A DNA stretch of 56,030 bases, counting the filler, from Squatina squatina (Eukaryota): NCBI GenBank assembly GCA_031763465.1. It is 3 parts of 3 records of this genome, joined end to end, with 100 filler letters (N's around TTAATTAATTAA, not from the genome) between each part and the next. Parts side by side here need not be neighbours in the genome. Positions count along the whole stretch, not along the records: positions 1 to 28,901 come from JARFOE010000080.1; 2 more parts are not named here. One strand, given 5' to 3'. Position numbers and translations under genes: made by a program. Below, one piece after another: positions 12,126 through 25,070 of the stretch (position 1 is its first letter; every line of letters begins with the position of its first letter). The notes below the pieces were generated by a model. The model worked only from the letters and a program-made list of their open reading frames with translations. It did not search any database and had not been told where the DNA came from.

Positions 12126-14139
12126 ACAGGGCTTTCACAACTTAATTGGAACTTTCGGTCTGCTCAGGCGCCAACAGCTGATATATCACACTACTGCATT
12201 TGAGGGAAACTGTAGCCTTCTTACACACTGTATATAGGAAAAATTTACATAGGACCTCTTTGGTCTGTAGACCTTTTGGCATGGATAGCTATGGGCTGGG
12301 TGTTGCCTGTGTGCACAATGTTAGACTCTCCTGCTTCCATCCTTTCCTCCATGTCCTCATCAAGCTGCTTCTCTGCTGCTTGTGGATACTTCCTCCTCCG
12401 GGGCCTCAATGCGGTGATCTCTTTTTAGGGCAGAGTTGTGCGGTGGATAGTACCTGGAGACTCTAGCTAGATTAGTAGCTGTAGGGAATAGTTGACCTCT
12501 GCGAACCACTGAGTTGCCTTTCAGGCTTAAACAGTTTAGCATGATGGACTGTCTTAAAATGAATACATGTGGCATCTCGAGGGAAAGCAAGCATTCACTT
12601 GCATGATCTTGTTTTGATGATCACTGACCATCTGTACATTGAAGTGGAAGCCCTTGTTCATGCAGATCATGTTACTGTGTGTTGGCCACATGGATGTCTT
12701 TTAATGATGCAAAAAAAATCCAGTGCCTTCATTGTACTGCTGGTTTCTAATGGGGAAAGAGATGTGTTTCAGTAAAGGCAAAGCACTTAATCAGTAAACC
12801 TATGAACTGCTGATTGACTGATGTTGCTTATATCCATTGGAATACCTTGGAATGAGTCATGAGGCATAAAGGTTCAAGGCAGTGAGATCTGAAGTGCAGT
12901 AGATGTTGTCTGCAGGCCAGATTCCAGCAGATCTCTGACACTGCCTCCCTGGTGAAGTCGAGCCTGCAAAGGCAATTTTCTTCAGACATTCCCAAGTCAG
13001 AAGGCCCAAAATGCATAGGTAAGGACTGTTGTGGGAAGTCTGCTTCTGGCCCAAGTGAACCTATATCCTCTTTTCATCTTCCTTATCCTCCTCCAACAAC
13101 TCAGAGAGTGGAACATGCAATTTTTAATTGCAGCAATCAAAAATATCCTTCTCCAAAACTTTAGCGAAACAAATGATTGGCATAAAAATGCAGCAGAAAA
13201 TATCATTAATGCAGCTGTCAAAATTCCGGTTAATGTCCACAATTAAAAATGTGCCTGTGAAAAATCTAGCAAGGCTCCCTTTTAAAAATTGACTTGCTGA
13301 AAGCCCACGATGGGCCTGACTTTTAATTTGACCATTTTATACAGGTGAGCTGAGCACATAACACGTTTCCCATGAGGAAATCTGCAAATTGTACTGGTTC
13401 ACATTACCATTCATTTTACCACTTAGATCAAGCTCTCACATATTTTTTGTAAGATCACCTTAGGGTGGCCCAGAACTAGATTGTGCCAAGCGTGGAAAGG
13501 AGTCCAAATTTGATGCTACCAACACCCACCCCCAGCCCACCTCACAACCCTTTAGTGCCACTCTCTTTGCTTTCTAATGCTGGCATTTCTGCATCCTTGA
13601 CATTTTTGGGTTTTATTCGTCAAGAAATACAATCGAGTCAGCCATTCTGGTTAATGTTTTTATGTCCCTCAGTGGCCCCGGTGGCATTGTTTTGGACACT
13701 TTGTTAATTTTTTTGAACTATCTTGCCCCAGCTACTTCAATACAAGGAAGTTGTTGGTATCTGATTGGGTCACACTTCATTCTCTGTGAGCTCGGCATTC
13801 CTGCAACTTTGGGTTTGGGTGTTATTTCCTACGCTTTGTCACCCTGTGTGGTATAAATCACATTTGTTAAAAAGGTCAAGTGGTTTATTTCTAGCTGTTG
13901 AAGTGGCAAATTTACATAATTTCATTTAATATACCATCAAAAAATAATCGTCCTTCAGGAATGTTGAAAATACCCTTTTTATAGCTCAGTTGGAACCATG
14001 CATAGTTCATCCATGGCTCTCTGCAGAGTTCTGACTACATCTATTACGATTGCATCCAGCGGAGCAGAGAGAGTGGACTAATGTAGGGCAAAGTAATCAT
14101 TCTTCAACATTTTCATTGCCAAGGAGATAGCAATTTTTT

Positions 14140-14428
14140 TAGTCTTTCCAATCAGATCCTAAAGCAAGGCCCTGTACGCCTGTTGAGACGGAAGTAAAAG
14201 ATCCCATGGCCCTTTTTTTAAGAGCATACAGTTCTCGTAATGTCCTGGCCAACATTCATCCTTCAGCTAACCCCACAAAAAGCAGACTGACTGGTGATCG
14301 ATTCTATTGCTATCTGTGGGACTCTGCCTGTCGGTCTTGCCTATAAAATAACTGACTGTACTTAAAAAAGGAATTAATTGGCTGTAAAACATTTTTGGAT
14401 GGGTGCAACGTTATATAAATATATCAAT
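14140..14428 (+). mobile_element. Deu-domain SINE (SacSINE1/AmnSINE1-like), body and tail
   Basis: aaagatcccatggc...tgtcctggccaacatt Deu core; L2-like tail ggctgtaaaac...aatgcaagt plus (tctt)n. Confidence 0.75.
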
Positions 14429-14548
14429 GCAAGTTATGTCTTCTTTCTNNNNNNNNNNNNNNNNNNNNNNNNNNNNNNNNNNNNNNNNNNNNNNNNNNNN
14501 NNNNNNNNNNNNNNNNNNNNNNNNNNNNNNNNNNNNNNNNNNNNNNNN

Positions 14549-14880
14549 TGATTTTCCGCCCTAATAGAAATATAAGCTCGGGTGTCACCGCCCCAAAAAG
14601 CCATGCGCTGTCACCACCCGTTTAGCGCCCAAAGAATTGAGGCCAATTCTTTGTCGGGCGGCCATTTTGGGTGGTGCGCCCTCTGATGATGTCACGGAGG
14701 CCATTTTGCACCTAGCGCCACGTTTCCAGCACTCTTGAGTTAGTGCCCATGTAGCGCCGGTGCTAAACTGAGGCCAATTTCTCAAATTTTAATTTAATGC
14801 CGAAAATGGGCATTTGACCCCTAACGCCCATTCTATGCCCATTTAATGCGAGCACCGGAGTGCCAATTGGGCGCCCGAAG
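14549..14880. mobile_element. GC-rich Harbinger-like non-autonomous element fragment(s)
   Basis: CpG-rich, repeated ggccatttt / ggccaatt motifs; adjacent to N gap. Confidence 0.45.
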
Positions 14881-14884
14881 AGTT

Positions 14885-15285
14885 TATCGTGAATGGCATT
14901 AACAGAGCAGGAGTTCTCATGGATAAGATGAAATCAGAGAAGGTATGTGGGGAGATGGGAGAGGAACAAGAAAAGGAGGTTTGGTGGGCAAAGGTATGGG
15001 GAAGAAACAGTAGAGACAGCTAAATGTAGGTTCTCTACTTTAGTGACAAAGAAGCCCATGAGCTCCTTACACTCGTTGTTAGAGGTGACAGTGGAGGGGG
15101 CAGGGGATATCGGTTTAAGGAAGCAGTTAGCAGTGGTGAAAAGAAGTTAAGGATTATCTTTGCTCTCCAGGCTCATTCCAGATTGGTAAACAGTTTTGGT
15201 AAAGGCGAATGAGATCCAGTGGAGCTTGATATGATCCAATTAGATCTAGTGTGTGTGGTTAAGCTTGGACTTGAAGGAAAGTGCT
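14885..15285 (-). mobile_element. L2 LINE ORF2 internal fragment
   Basis: Reverse complement matches the plus-strand L2 at about 21720-21950 (aaggagctcatg...tttgtc.ctaa; aaagataa.c; actgctaac). Confidence 0.75.
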
Positions 15286-16388
15286 TTTCAGTCCTCAGTC
15301 CCATTTTGGAAGCATCTAGAAAAAAGTTATATTGCTTCACTTCCAATTTTGCATGCTGATTACTGCAATCTAAAAATTATTATTATTGACAGTGTTCTTT
15401 GAAGAAAAAAATATTATCACTTTAAACACATTGCAAAACATAATAGCTTCATTACATGATGCTCTTAAGCATCATTTGGTGCTTCAAAGCAATAATGCAA
15501 CCCTAAAATCACTTGAAGAGTTCAGCCTCTGAAGAGGCTCCCTGGGGCATTTCATTATTTAGTAAGAAAAAAAACATCTTATAAGAAGTGCAGACAGATG
15601 CGGATGCAAAGTGCCCCTTAGTATTTCAAAGATTAAACATAATTACAAGCATGCGCTGTCTAGAAGCTGACAGGTTCCCTCATTAGAACACAGCAACATG
15701 GCCACAATGGCAAGTCTGCAATCTATATGATAAAAGGTCAGACAATGCCTCTTTGAAGCAGCATCTATGTAATAATCAAGGATGTGAATTTGCTTCCACT
15801 TGTGCTTTGTGTGCAAGCCTCTGAGATAATAGATTCTCTGAGGAATTTGCATTAAAAAAAACACAAGGCATTAGATTAAGTTAAACAGTCATTTATAAAT
15901 ATACAATATGATCTGAAACTGGCCAATCTCTGATCTGCCCACTTATTTTGAGGCCATATAGAAACATGTTCCAGTGAAAGTGTATTACAGAGAGGGAGCT
16001 TCATGCATTTCCTCTAATAGCATTTGGGCTATAAAACAACACCTGCTGTAAGTCATCACAGTGCTGCTGCCCAATCAAGAGCACCTTATCCAAAGTAAGA
16101 AAATATTCTCAACCAGCCACTGTTGCATTGCCATGGCAACTCTAACTACACTGTTCATCATTGAATTCTAAAAAGAGAAACCTTGTTTAACGAAATAATA
16201 AAATAATAGGTAATTATTTAGTTAAAATAATTGTTTCGAAATATAATACTTCTGGAAAATTGATACAAATATTAGAATGATGTTTGGAAGTACTTACGTC
16301 TATCTTGAGTCGCTTCTCTTATTTTCCTTTCCCATGCAGTAAAATATGCTTGGCTNNNNNNNNNNGGCTAACATCTTGCACTCATAAT

Positions 16389-17140
16389 GGGGGTGAAATT
16401 GGGCTCCGTTGCGCCTCCTGTTAGCGCCTCCGGGAGGCAATAACGGGACACGAAAGGGTTTTCCCAGTGGCTGCAGCAAGGCTTGTGGAAAGCTGCTGAG
16501 TGTCGGTGCCCGAGACTACAGTTAGACTTGCAGGATGCCTTCGACCAGCTCTGGGCCTGGAAGTCCGGGCTATCGACTGCACCACCTCAGGCTGGGCAGT
16601 GGTAGTATGGTCTGGCTGGATGCCAGGCAGCGACAATGCAATGGCGGAGTGGCAGTGGTGGAATCAGGAATGCTGTCATGCTGAGAGACTAAGCAAGCAC
16701 CTGCTCCACTGACCCACTGCCACTCCTCCGTGGCAGCACCTCAGCATTCCTACCAATTTGCTAGAGCACAGATTGGTGGTCTGCTGCGACACTGTGAGAT
16801 CCCCGGTGGACTGTGGTGGACCCAGCGGCGATGACAGCACTAAGACGTTGCATGCCATCCAGCTGAGACTGCATGAGAACAGTCTGAGATTCAATGCCAG
16901 CAACCATTGTCTGCAATACAGCACTAAGGCTTTCACCTGTGNNNNNNNNNNNNNNNNNNNNNNNNNNNNNNNNNNNNNNNNNNNNNNNNNNNNNNNNNNN
17001 NNNNNNNNNNNNNNNNNNNNNNNNNNNNNNNNNNNNNNNNNAGATCCTCTTCTTTGATTGTGCCGTCCCCCACCCCCCACCCCCCCCCCCCAACTCCTGA
17101 CTCTCTTCGGAGAACTGAGTCTCTGATCAGCCACTCATAT
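16389..17140 (-). mobile_element. PIF/Harbinger-like transposon remnant
   Basis: Terminus gggggtgaaattggg...; GC-rich decayed coding-like segment (AVLQTMVAGIESQTVLMQSQLDGMQRLSAVIAAG) resembling the accessory ORF of shark Harbinger-like elements; no catalytic motif visible. Confidence 0.45.
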
Positions 17141-17151
17141 CAAGCTGAGGA

Positions 17152-17205
17152 GCATTTAGGTTTAGAGTTAGGGTTAACCCTAACTCTAACCCTAACCCTA
17201 AATGC
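17152..17205. repeat. Palindrome of telomeric hexamers (TTAGGG/CCCTAA head-to-head)
   Basis: gcatttaggtttagagttagggtt|aaccctaactctaaccctaaccctaaatgc; perfect 28-bp core 17162-17189. Confidence 0.9.
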
Positions 17206-20054
17206 AAGTGGTGCAGGTTAAGGGATCAAGGACCTGCAGCCCCCGACTCTCTGCCTGTTAATTTAACAAAGTATGTAGCTGGACATTTTACATTCCAGCT
17301 ACTTTGGTTCAACAGCTATAAGAGTACATTTAGTTCCCCAGGTGCCAGTCTGTCTACTTTCCAATTATACCAATATTGTTATAAGACCTTCCTGTGCTGT
17401 GTAGCTCAGTTAAAATGTACCCAGCGTAATAAGTAAACAAACACGTTTTAATAGTTATTTAGACTTCTTCTAATTATCACAGTAAGAATTTTTGACAAGC
17501 AATTAAAGTTTCTTCAATGAGGCTATAAACCACTGTTCAGTTCCATGAAAAGTACAGTTGCTAACCTTGAGTTCAGTGGAGGTGTTTAATCAGCCTTGGA
17601 ATTGGTTCCCACGGGCATACCATTTAGAAGCGCATCGTCCTTCAAAATGCAAATATATGCTGGTGCACAGTCACCTTAGAAATAATTTAAAGGATTCAAT
17701 TTAATTTCAAGTTTGTTACGTCATCTGGCTTTTCATTTGCGCCGTAACCGCACACATGAGAAACCAGTTATTTGTGCAAAGAATGTACCCTGCTGAGTGT
17801 ATGCCTGAGTCTCCACAATATGTATAGACTTACGAGGTGGCCACATAAATTCTGCTATGGAAACCAATTTATTGGCCAAAATTATTGTTTTGTATTTTCA
17901 AAACTACTTGAAAGTCCTTAGTATATTTTTGTAACAATATACAATAGCCTAAATATTGCCAATGCCTTTGGAGGGTATTGACTTAGATTTTAGATTACCA
18001 CATTTAGAAGGGCAAGGTGCTAATTTGTTGTAAGCAATAAATATTGCAAAAACAATCTGAAACAACTGTGCATTTAAATGATTGAAGTTCAACACTCAAA
18101 CTCCAAACATCACAATAAAACTCAAACAAAAAAGAATAATTTTTTACAAAATTTTCTGAAGCATTGGAATCTAATGAGAGTTTCCATGGAAACAGATGCT
18201 TCCTGGTTAAGAATAAGTGTGCCAGGCAGCCTTCAAAGGATTTAAAGGATCTCCAAAAAAAACCTCTCCTGCCATAGTTCAGGAGCATTTTGACATTTTG
18301 TGGCATCTGTTATTTGCAACGGTTCTACTCTGGTAGATAGATCAACAACAAGCCAATTCTCCGTTCCAGTGGATTAGAACTGAGGGTATGGATGACAGTA
18401 TATTTAATAAGGGTTAGGTTTCCATAGAAATGAACATAGAAACATTTCGGTTTTCAAAAAAGTGACACTTTACAGTGGAGAAGGTGGTATTTAATTTTAT
18501 GGTTGCAATAATATTTTCAAACTAATAATGTGCATCATTTTTGCAGACTTTAAAGGGGCAGACCTTTTATCTGAAGAGACTGTAGATTCAGAAGACTCAT
18601 GACATCTTATACAAGTGACGTAATGATGTGTTTCAATGTACTTTATGTCATTGCATACAGTATTAGTAAATTGGTTTGACCAAGACTTTTGTTAGGNNNN
18701 NNNNNNNNNNNNNNNNNNNNNNNNNNNNNNNNNNNNNNNNNNNNNNNNNNNNNNNNNNNNNNNNNNNNNNNNNNNNNNNNNNNNNNNNNNNNNNNNCCAC
18801 CCCTCCCCGTACGTATTTCAATATAAGTTAATGTGAACATGGGTTCAAACTTTGTATGTGGCCTCCAAGGCTGTATAAGGTGCATCTAATACCCTTCACC
18901 AGCAGCAAAGCTCGGACACTACTGGGATGGACAACTGTTTATGTCCAAGTAAAATGAATACAAAAAGGCATTGGAAATCTTCAAACAGCGGCAAGGTCAC
19001 CTCAGAGAAAAAAGTGTCAAAGAGAGCAGATGTAATGCACTTATGCATTTTATTTTCTAAGAGGGCTGTGAGTCGGAACATCAGGAAGGTGGGCTAGCGT
19101 CACTGGACTTTAATAGTAAAAGACCATGGCACTTTTAAATAGCTGCTGTGAAGAAGTAACATAGGATTCTTTTATATTATAAATTAATCCAGTGGGGAGC
19201 TTCTACTAATGCCAGACCAGGAATCAATTGGGCGCGTTCATACAGTCTCTGCGCATACAGCCGCAACTGTGGTACTCAATCTTATTTTAATCACTTGTGC
19301 TGGCATGTTCAAGTATTGATGCATTTTGCCTCTTGACTCTGTCTAACAGTCCTGCAGGAAATCGTTGTTTTGGCTTTGGAGTTAAAAGCTCTAAATGGTC
19401 TTTTTTACATTTGCACTAGCTGAGTTGCACACCTTGACTTGAAGCAGGGCTGTCATTCAGAAATTAACGGAAAGATATTTTTCACAGTCTTCTGTGTTGT
19501 TCCTGTTTCATATTCTTTTATTTTTATGAAGTTTAGAGTATGTACTAAGGCTGACAAGGACAATTGTTGGTGCCAGCAGCCAATGATGACTGATTTTCTT
19601 GATGGGTATATTAATGATACTGCCTTTCAAAAGTCCTTTGGTCTCAACACTGACAGTGTAATAAATATTAATTCAACCTACACATGGATTTCTGAAGTTT
19701 TGATTTTTTTTTTAGACCAGCTATCAAAGCATTGCATAAATATATTATAAATAAATATCATTCGGAAAGTTAAGATGAATGCATGACATCAATTTTCATC
19801 ATATTTGTAAAAATAAGTCAACCATGCTCCACAGATATTTCTCCCAAAGGTTAGTGAGATAGCAAAAGGAGTTAGTTTCACTATTATTAGGTTAATTAGT
19901 ACTACACTATTGGTGAATGGGTGAATGCATGAAAATCAACATTTTCCATCGCGTAAAACTTATCCAAGGTAGACCATTTAAAAGCAGCTTCCGATTCTCA
20001 GCCCCAAGTTGGGCTAGTCTATATTCTATATTTTTTACAGAGATTTAAAAAGTG

Positions 20055-20112
20055 ACATAGAAACATAGAAACATAGAAAATAGGTGCAGGAGTAGGCCAT
20101 TCGGCCTTTCGA
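20055..20112 (-). mobile_element. CR1 LINE 3' tail
   Basis: (acatagaa)n then aataggtgcaggagtaggccattcggcc, running into gap. Confidence 0.8.
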
Positions 20113-21242
20113 NNNNNNNNNNNNNNNNNNNNNNNNNNNNNNNNNNNNNNNNNNNNNNNNNNNNNNNNNNNNNNNNNNNNNNNNNNNNNNNNNNNNNNNN
20201 NNNNNNNNNNNNATACTAGAAATATTGACTAGAAGTAACTTTCTCACTTGTATTTATAATGTCTTTATACATAGCAACAAGAGGAAATCTAAAACCAAGT
20301 AGATTTCCTTGCCCAGTTATCAGGAGTCAACTTTGTTTTAACATTAATACTGCATCAACTTTTATATTGCAGTGAAAGGATATTTGCTATTAATCATTTC
20401 TGGGTTGGCTAATTGTATTGACTATTGGATGAGATGTAGTACTCGGTTTGATAGTCACCTGAAGCATACATATGGGGTGAATTGAGAAAACTGCTGTGCT
20501 TGCAGTGCAAGCAAAGTCTGGCGTAGTTACAATGGTACCTAAAGACTACTGATATATCCTTGAAATTAGAACCTTATCTAGCTCAGAAAGGCAGTTTAGG
20601 TAATGGAGGGGTAAATCAGAACTAAGGTACCTTTGCAGCATAGCATTTCTTGCTGATTGTAATTCATAAAGCGGTAACCAAGTTTTTCTTCCTGATAGTC
20701 ATAATAAACCTGGTAGCCCCTGCACCTCTGTGCGGTAGAGTGGTTTCAGTGTCTGTCAGCGGTGGGGCCAAGGCCCTGAGTACAGCAAGATAAACCAGAT
20801 GCCTGAATTGCTATACTTCTAGGTTGCCAAACCAATGGGAAATTGGACTTGGTCCCATAACGGCTCTATCTGGGATTTGCTAGTGCTAATAGTTTGTCTA
20901 TTTAATCCCAGTTTCTACTGTAATCCCTCTCCCTAGCATTTGACCCTGCAAACAGACAAATCCAATTAGCAATATACAGATAGCACAGAGTTTAATAGCT
21001 GGTTTCTGGGGGTCTCTAAAATATTTAACTCATCAATTACTGAAACTTTTTCAAAATAGACATCACATTTCATCTGTATCACTTCTACATAATTGAAAGT
21101 TTAACAACTTCTGTGTATCCACAATATTGCACCTCTCAAACATATCATGCCTCAAAAGCATCACATCTGCTGGACAAAGAAATTATGATTGGCTCAAATA
21201 ATTACTGTCTTGTAAGTTAACTATGCTAATTAGTTCATAATG

Positions 21243-21987
21243 TTCTCTCTCCTCTGAGTTCACTAGCCTCCTATCTTGCCTTAATCTCTCCCTCCAGGTA
21301 AACTCTCCAACCCATATTCATGGCCACCCACTTGAACTTGCCATCTCTCGCGACCTTGCTACTCCCATCGTTTCAATCGCAGATAAGGCCACCTCTGACC
21401 ATTTTCTTTTTATCACTCTCCGCCCACATCCCCCTTCCCTCCCTCTGCCCATAACCCTACTTCCTTCTGTGTCCGCCCCCAGAAAAAAACTCTCACCCAA
21501 TTCTCTTAAAACAGCACTTACAAAATCATNNNNNNNNNNCCCATTCACCACGACATTTGTGCAGCTACCGATCTGCTCAACCACACCTTCACCACCACCT
21601 TTGATGCCCTGGTCCCAATTAAAACCATTACTCTCTCTCATCCTGGCCGTTTCCCCTGATATAGCCCTGATCTTCACTCCCTTAAATTCAAGGGCTGCAG
21701 ACTTGGATGGATATGGAGGACAACTGGTTTAGCCATTCACTGTCAGATCTGGCTGGACCACATAAAGCATCGGATCCTGCTCTCGCCTGCCAAAACTGCT
21801 CACTATTCCAGAATCATCCTGGAATGCAAAGATAACCTCCGGCTTCTATTCTCTACTGCTAACCATCTTCTTAAACCCCTCTCCTCCACCCTCATTTTCA
21901 ACAAGTGCAAGGAGCTCATGCACTCCTTTGTCTCTAAGATTGAGACCATCCAATCAGCTGCCTCTGCCACTTTCCTTCCTTCCCCTA
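21243..21987 (+). mobile_element. L2 LINE ORF2 fragment (end of endonuclease domain to linker)
   Basis: NSPTHIHGHPLELAISR...SDHF (APE C-terminal PTH..GH.LD / SDH motifs), C/T-rich L2 composition, frameshifted. Confidence 0.8.
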
Positions 21988-22107
21988 GCCCACCAGGCCA
22001 AACTTTTNNNNNNNNNNNNNNNNNNNNNNNNNNNNNNNNNNNNNNNNNNNNNNNNNNNNNNNNNNNNNNNNNNNNNNNNNNNNNNNNNNNNNNNNNNNNN
22101 NNNNNNN

Positions 22108-22519
22108 CTGTAACATTCCATTAGCACCTCCGAGGGGCGCTAATGGGACATATTTTTAAAAATGGCATCGGGAGGTGGCCATCTCACCTCCCCTGAAATT
22201 CAGCTGGGGCGCAAATTGTGCCCGGCCAGCTGAATTTTGCGGCGGGTCGGCGCGTGACATCATCAAAACGTGCGTCGACCCGCACCGCGCAAGCACAAGG
22301 CCCTTAGTGGCCCATTTGCGTTCCGTGGGCAGAATTCACCCAAGGGAGGCGGCCGCAGCTGAAGCCACGCCACTGGCGTCCGAGCCTTGCCGCCCCAGGT
22401 GCATCCGGGAGTGCGCTGCGTCCCGGAGCACTGAATTCTGAGAGGGGTGGGATGGAGCGGGCAATGCTGGCACTGCCCCGTACGCATTTTAAACACAGCG
22501 ACATGCAATTTCAGCCCCC
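22108..22519. mobile_element. GC-rich Harbinger-like non-autonomous element, right end
   Basis: CpG-rich; ends gcaatttcagcccc; begins ttagcacctccgaggggcgctaatgggac, as in the element at about 16420-16450. Confidence 0.55.
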
Positions 22520-23307
22520 TACAGTTTAAAACAATTATTTGCAAGTTATAAAGCCTATTCAGCTATCAATTATGGTCTATGAAAAAAGTTAAATATTAAT
22601 ATTCACACTCCTCATTTAAAATGTTCATGTTTTCAAGAAAACAGTTTACCATTCTCAGTCCAAGCTGTATTATCTCCGCTTGTACCTGTATCCCCTCAGT
22701 AATATTAAAAATCTATGATTATACCAAATAATCCCTTTATCTAGTAATACAGTAGAGGAACAGGCTTTTTACAATCTTTGCAGAGACACAATTGTTCCCC
22801 AAATTGCTTCATTAGCTTTGATTAATTAAAGAACTGTTTCATTCAAAATATTCTGCTGATTTTCTGTCAATTTGTCTTTGAGCATTTAAATTGAGATTTT
22901 CCTCTTAATTATTTTAAAATAGCACACTTCCCCCTTTAAAGTACTTGCTATTACCTTAATTTCCCCACAGCTGCTATTTAGTGCTTCCTCAATTTAGCAG
23001 CTGTTTGTCCCAAAGTGTTTATGGCTCGACAAACGAATAACAAAAACGCCATTGTACCTTTAAAGATGCCAAAAGGCAACTTTGCTTCTTGATCTGTCTG
23101 CCAGGCCACACAGTATAAGGCTTGTGTGATTAGAACTTTCTCGCTACTGTTTCCACAGCCAATTTAAACTACAGTGTTAGAACCTTAGTACTTTCCAACA
23201 TAGCAGTGCTATCCACAACTAAAAAAAAGTTGTGTTCCACAAAAGAAATGTTGCTTGGGATGTCTTAGTGTGCAACTGCATTGTTTGGTGTTATACATGG
23301 CATTGAA

Positions 23308-23370
23308 TGTCAGCTGTGGCTCAGTGGGTAGCCCTTTTACCTGAGTCAGAAGGTTGTGGGTTCAAGCCTC
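23308..23370 (+). mobile_element. tRNA-derived SINE head (SacSINE1-like), truncated
   Basis: A box tggctcagtggg and B box ggttcaagcc with ctgagtcagaaggttgtg between; no full cloverleaf. Confidence 0.65.
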
Positions 23371-23401
23371 ATATATTGGTGCATTATTTGACTGACATTG
23401 G

Positions 23402-23589
23402 TAGAATCATAGAAATTTATGGCACAAAAGGATGCCATTCAACCTGTCGTGTCTGTCCCAGCCGAAAAATAGCTATCCAGCCCAATCCCACTTTCCAGCT
23501 CTTGGTCCGTAGCCTTGTAGATTATGGCACTTCAAGTGCATATCCAAGTACTTTTTAAATGTGATGAGGGTTTCTGCCTCTACCACCCT
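23402..23589 (-). mobile_element. CR1 LINE 3' end
   Basis: Minus ORF WNTLLERVVEAETLITFKKYLDMHL (CR1 ORF2 end); tagaatcatagaa tail. Confidence 0.85.
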
Positions 23590-24706
23590 TTCAAGCAGTG
23601 TGTTCCAGCNNNNNNNNNNNNNNNNNNNNNNNNNNNNNNNNNNNNNNNNNNNNNNNNNNNNNNNNNNNNNNNNNNNNNNNNNNNNNNNNNNNNNNNNNNN
23701 NNNNNNNNNGACTGACAGTAACAAGTACAGGCACAACACTTTATTTTCTTAAAGGACAGGTTCCTAATTGCCTGGTGATAAATATTAATTTCCTTGATGT
23801 AGTAGGTGTGCCAGTATTAAGGGAGTGCACGATCTCTGGATAATCGGTAGGGATAGCCAATCCCTCATGTTTCAGTTAATAGTATACATCTATTTATTTG
23901 AGCAGCGTCCAATCCTTCATGGTCAAATGGGAAGGTCTGAATCACTACTGGTTAAATGGGGAGAGTGCTGGTTGCTGGTTGGTCCATTGAGTGAAGTCCA
24001 AAGTGAGACAGTCTGTTGCTGGTTTTTCTCAGTAAGTGTGATTAATCCATCAATATTTTATAACTTATATTGCTTTGACTTGAATAGTGGGTCACACTAA
24101 AAAAGGCAGAGAATTATAGAACGTGGTAGATAAAGCAAATAGAATCGGCTTAATTCTCAGCCAGATTCCTTTTCAACATTCGGAAATTTGGCAAAGTGAA
24201 GGAAAAAGACACCATACATTAAAAAACAACAGAATGAAAGTAGATTTCACTTCTAAATTCCATAGAATAAGTTAACAGCCCACAGAAGAAAGAGAGTTTG
24301 CATTAACCATTCGACATTTATGAAATGTAATTCCTCTGTAGCTAATTTAAATGAGATCTTTGGTTTGGATTATCACTTGACAAGATTGCATTTGGAGCTG
24401 GCATTTTAATGCCTCAATTATATAAAGACTGGGTGTGGTATTTATGGAGATCTACCACTTGAACTGGATACAGGCAATACAGCAGGTTTTTTTTTTTTAA
24501 TGCTACTTGCCTTGTCCACGGTCTACTTAAATACAATTTTTGAAAAATCTGTTGGCTGTATTGGCATTGCACAAATTATTTTGGGAGTAGTCCTGGGAGG
24601 TTGCAGGCCCACAGCACAAAACAAACTGTAAATGAAAATTATTTGGCAATCCCAGCCTATAAAGATGACAAGTGTGAAAATTGCAAAAATTCACACTGGT
24701 GAAGTA

Positions 24707-24941
24707 GCTGCTGCTGCTCCTTAGGCAGTCCCTCAGGTTCGAGGATGACTTGCATCCACTCCGGAGTTGTGGGTTCTGAGGTGGCTGAAAAGTCCAATGC
24801 GGGATCCGCAGACATGACCGCAGGTGGGGTAGGCGGTATTTGGTGAGGCGAGAGGATGGGATGCTCGTGTTTCCGCGTGCTCCTTCCGCAGCCTGCGCTT
24901 GGCCTCCACGTGCTCCCACCAGAGAAAGTCGAAGCGGTTGG
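24707..24941 (-). mobile_element. RTE-clade LINE 3' end with (AGC)n tail
   Basis: (gct)4 cc ttaggcagtccctcaggttcgaggatgacttgc, a recognisable RTE terminus in reverse. Confidence 0.7.
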
Positions 24942-25041
24942 NNNNNNNNNNNNNNNNNNNNNNNNNNNNNNNNNNNNNNNNNNNNNNNNNNNNNNNNNNN
25001 NNNNNNNNNNNNNNNNNNNNNNNNNNNNNNNNNNNNNNNNN

Positions 25042-25070
25042 CCTGCACCTATTTTTCTATGTTTCTATGT
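25042..25070 (+). mobile_element. CR1 LINE 3' tail
   Basis: cctgcacctatttttctatgtttctatgt, reverse complement of the tail at 20055. Confidence 0.75.

Noticed and set aside
16298-16355. Minus-strand open segment SQAYFTAWERKIREATQDR ending in gtaagt
   Set aside because: Good donor, but any acceptor is lost in a 10-N gap and the peptide is unrecognised; insufficient support.
17152-17205. Ancestral chromosome end-to-end fusion site
   Set aside because: Only about 8 hexamers, and the mirrored variant and flanks indicate inverted duplication.
23308-23370. tRNA gene
   Set aside because: A and B boxes only, no acceptor stem; matches a SINE head.
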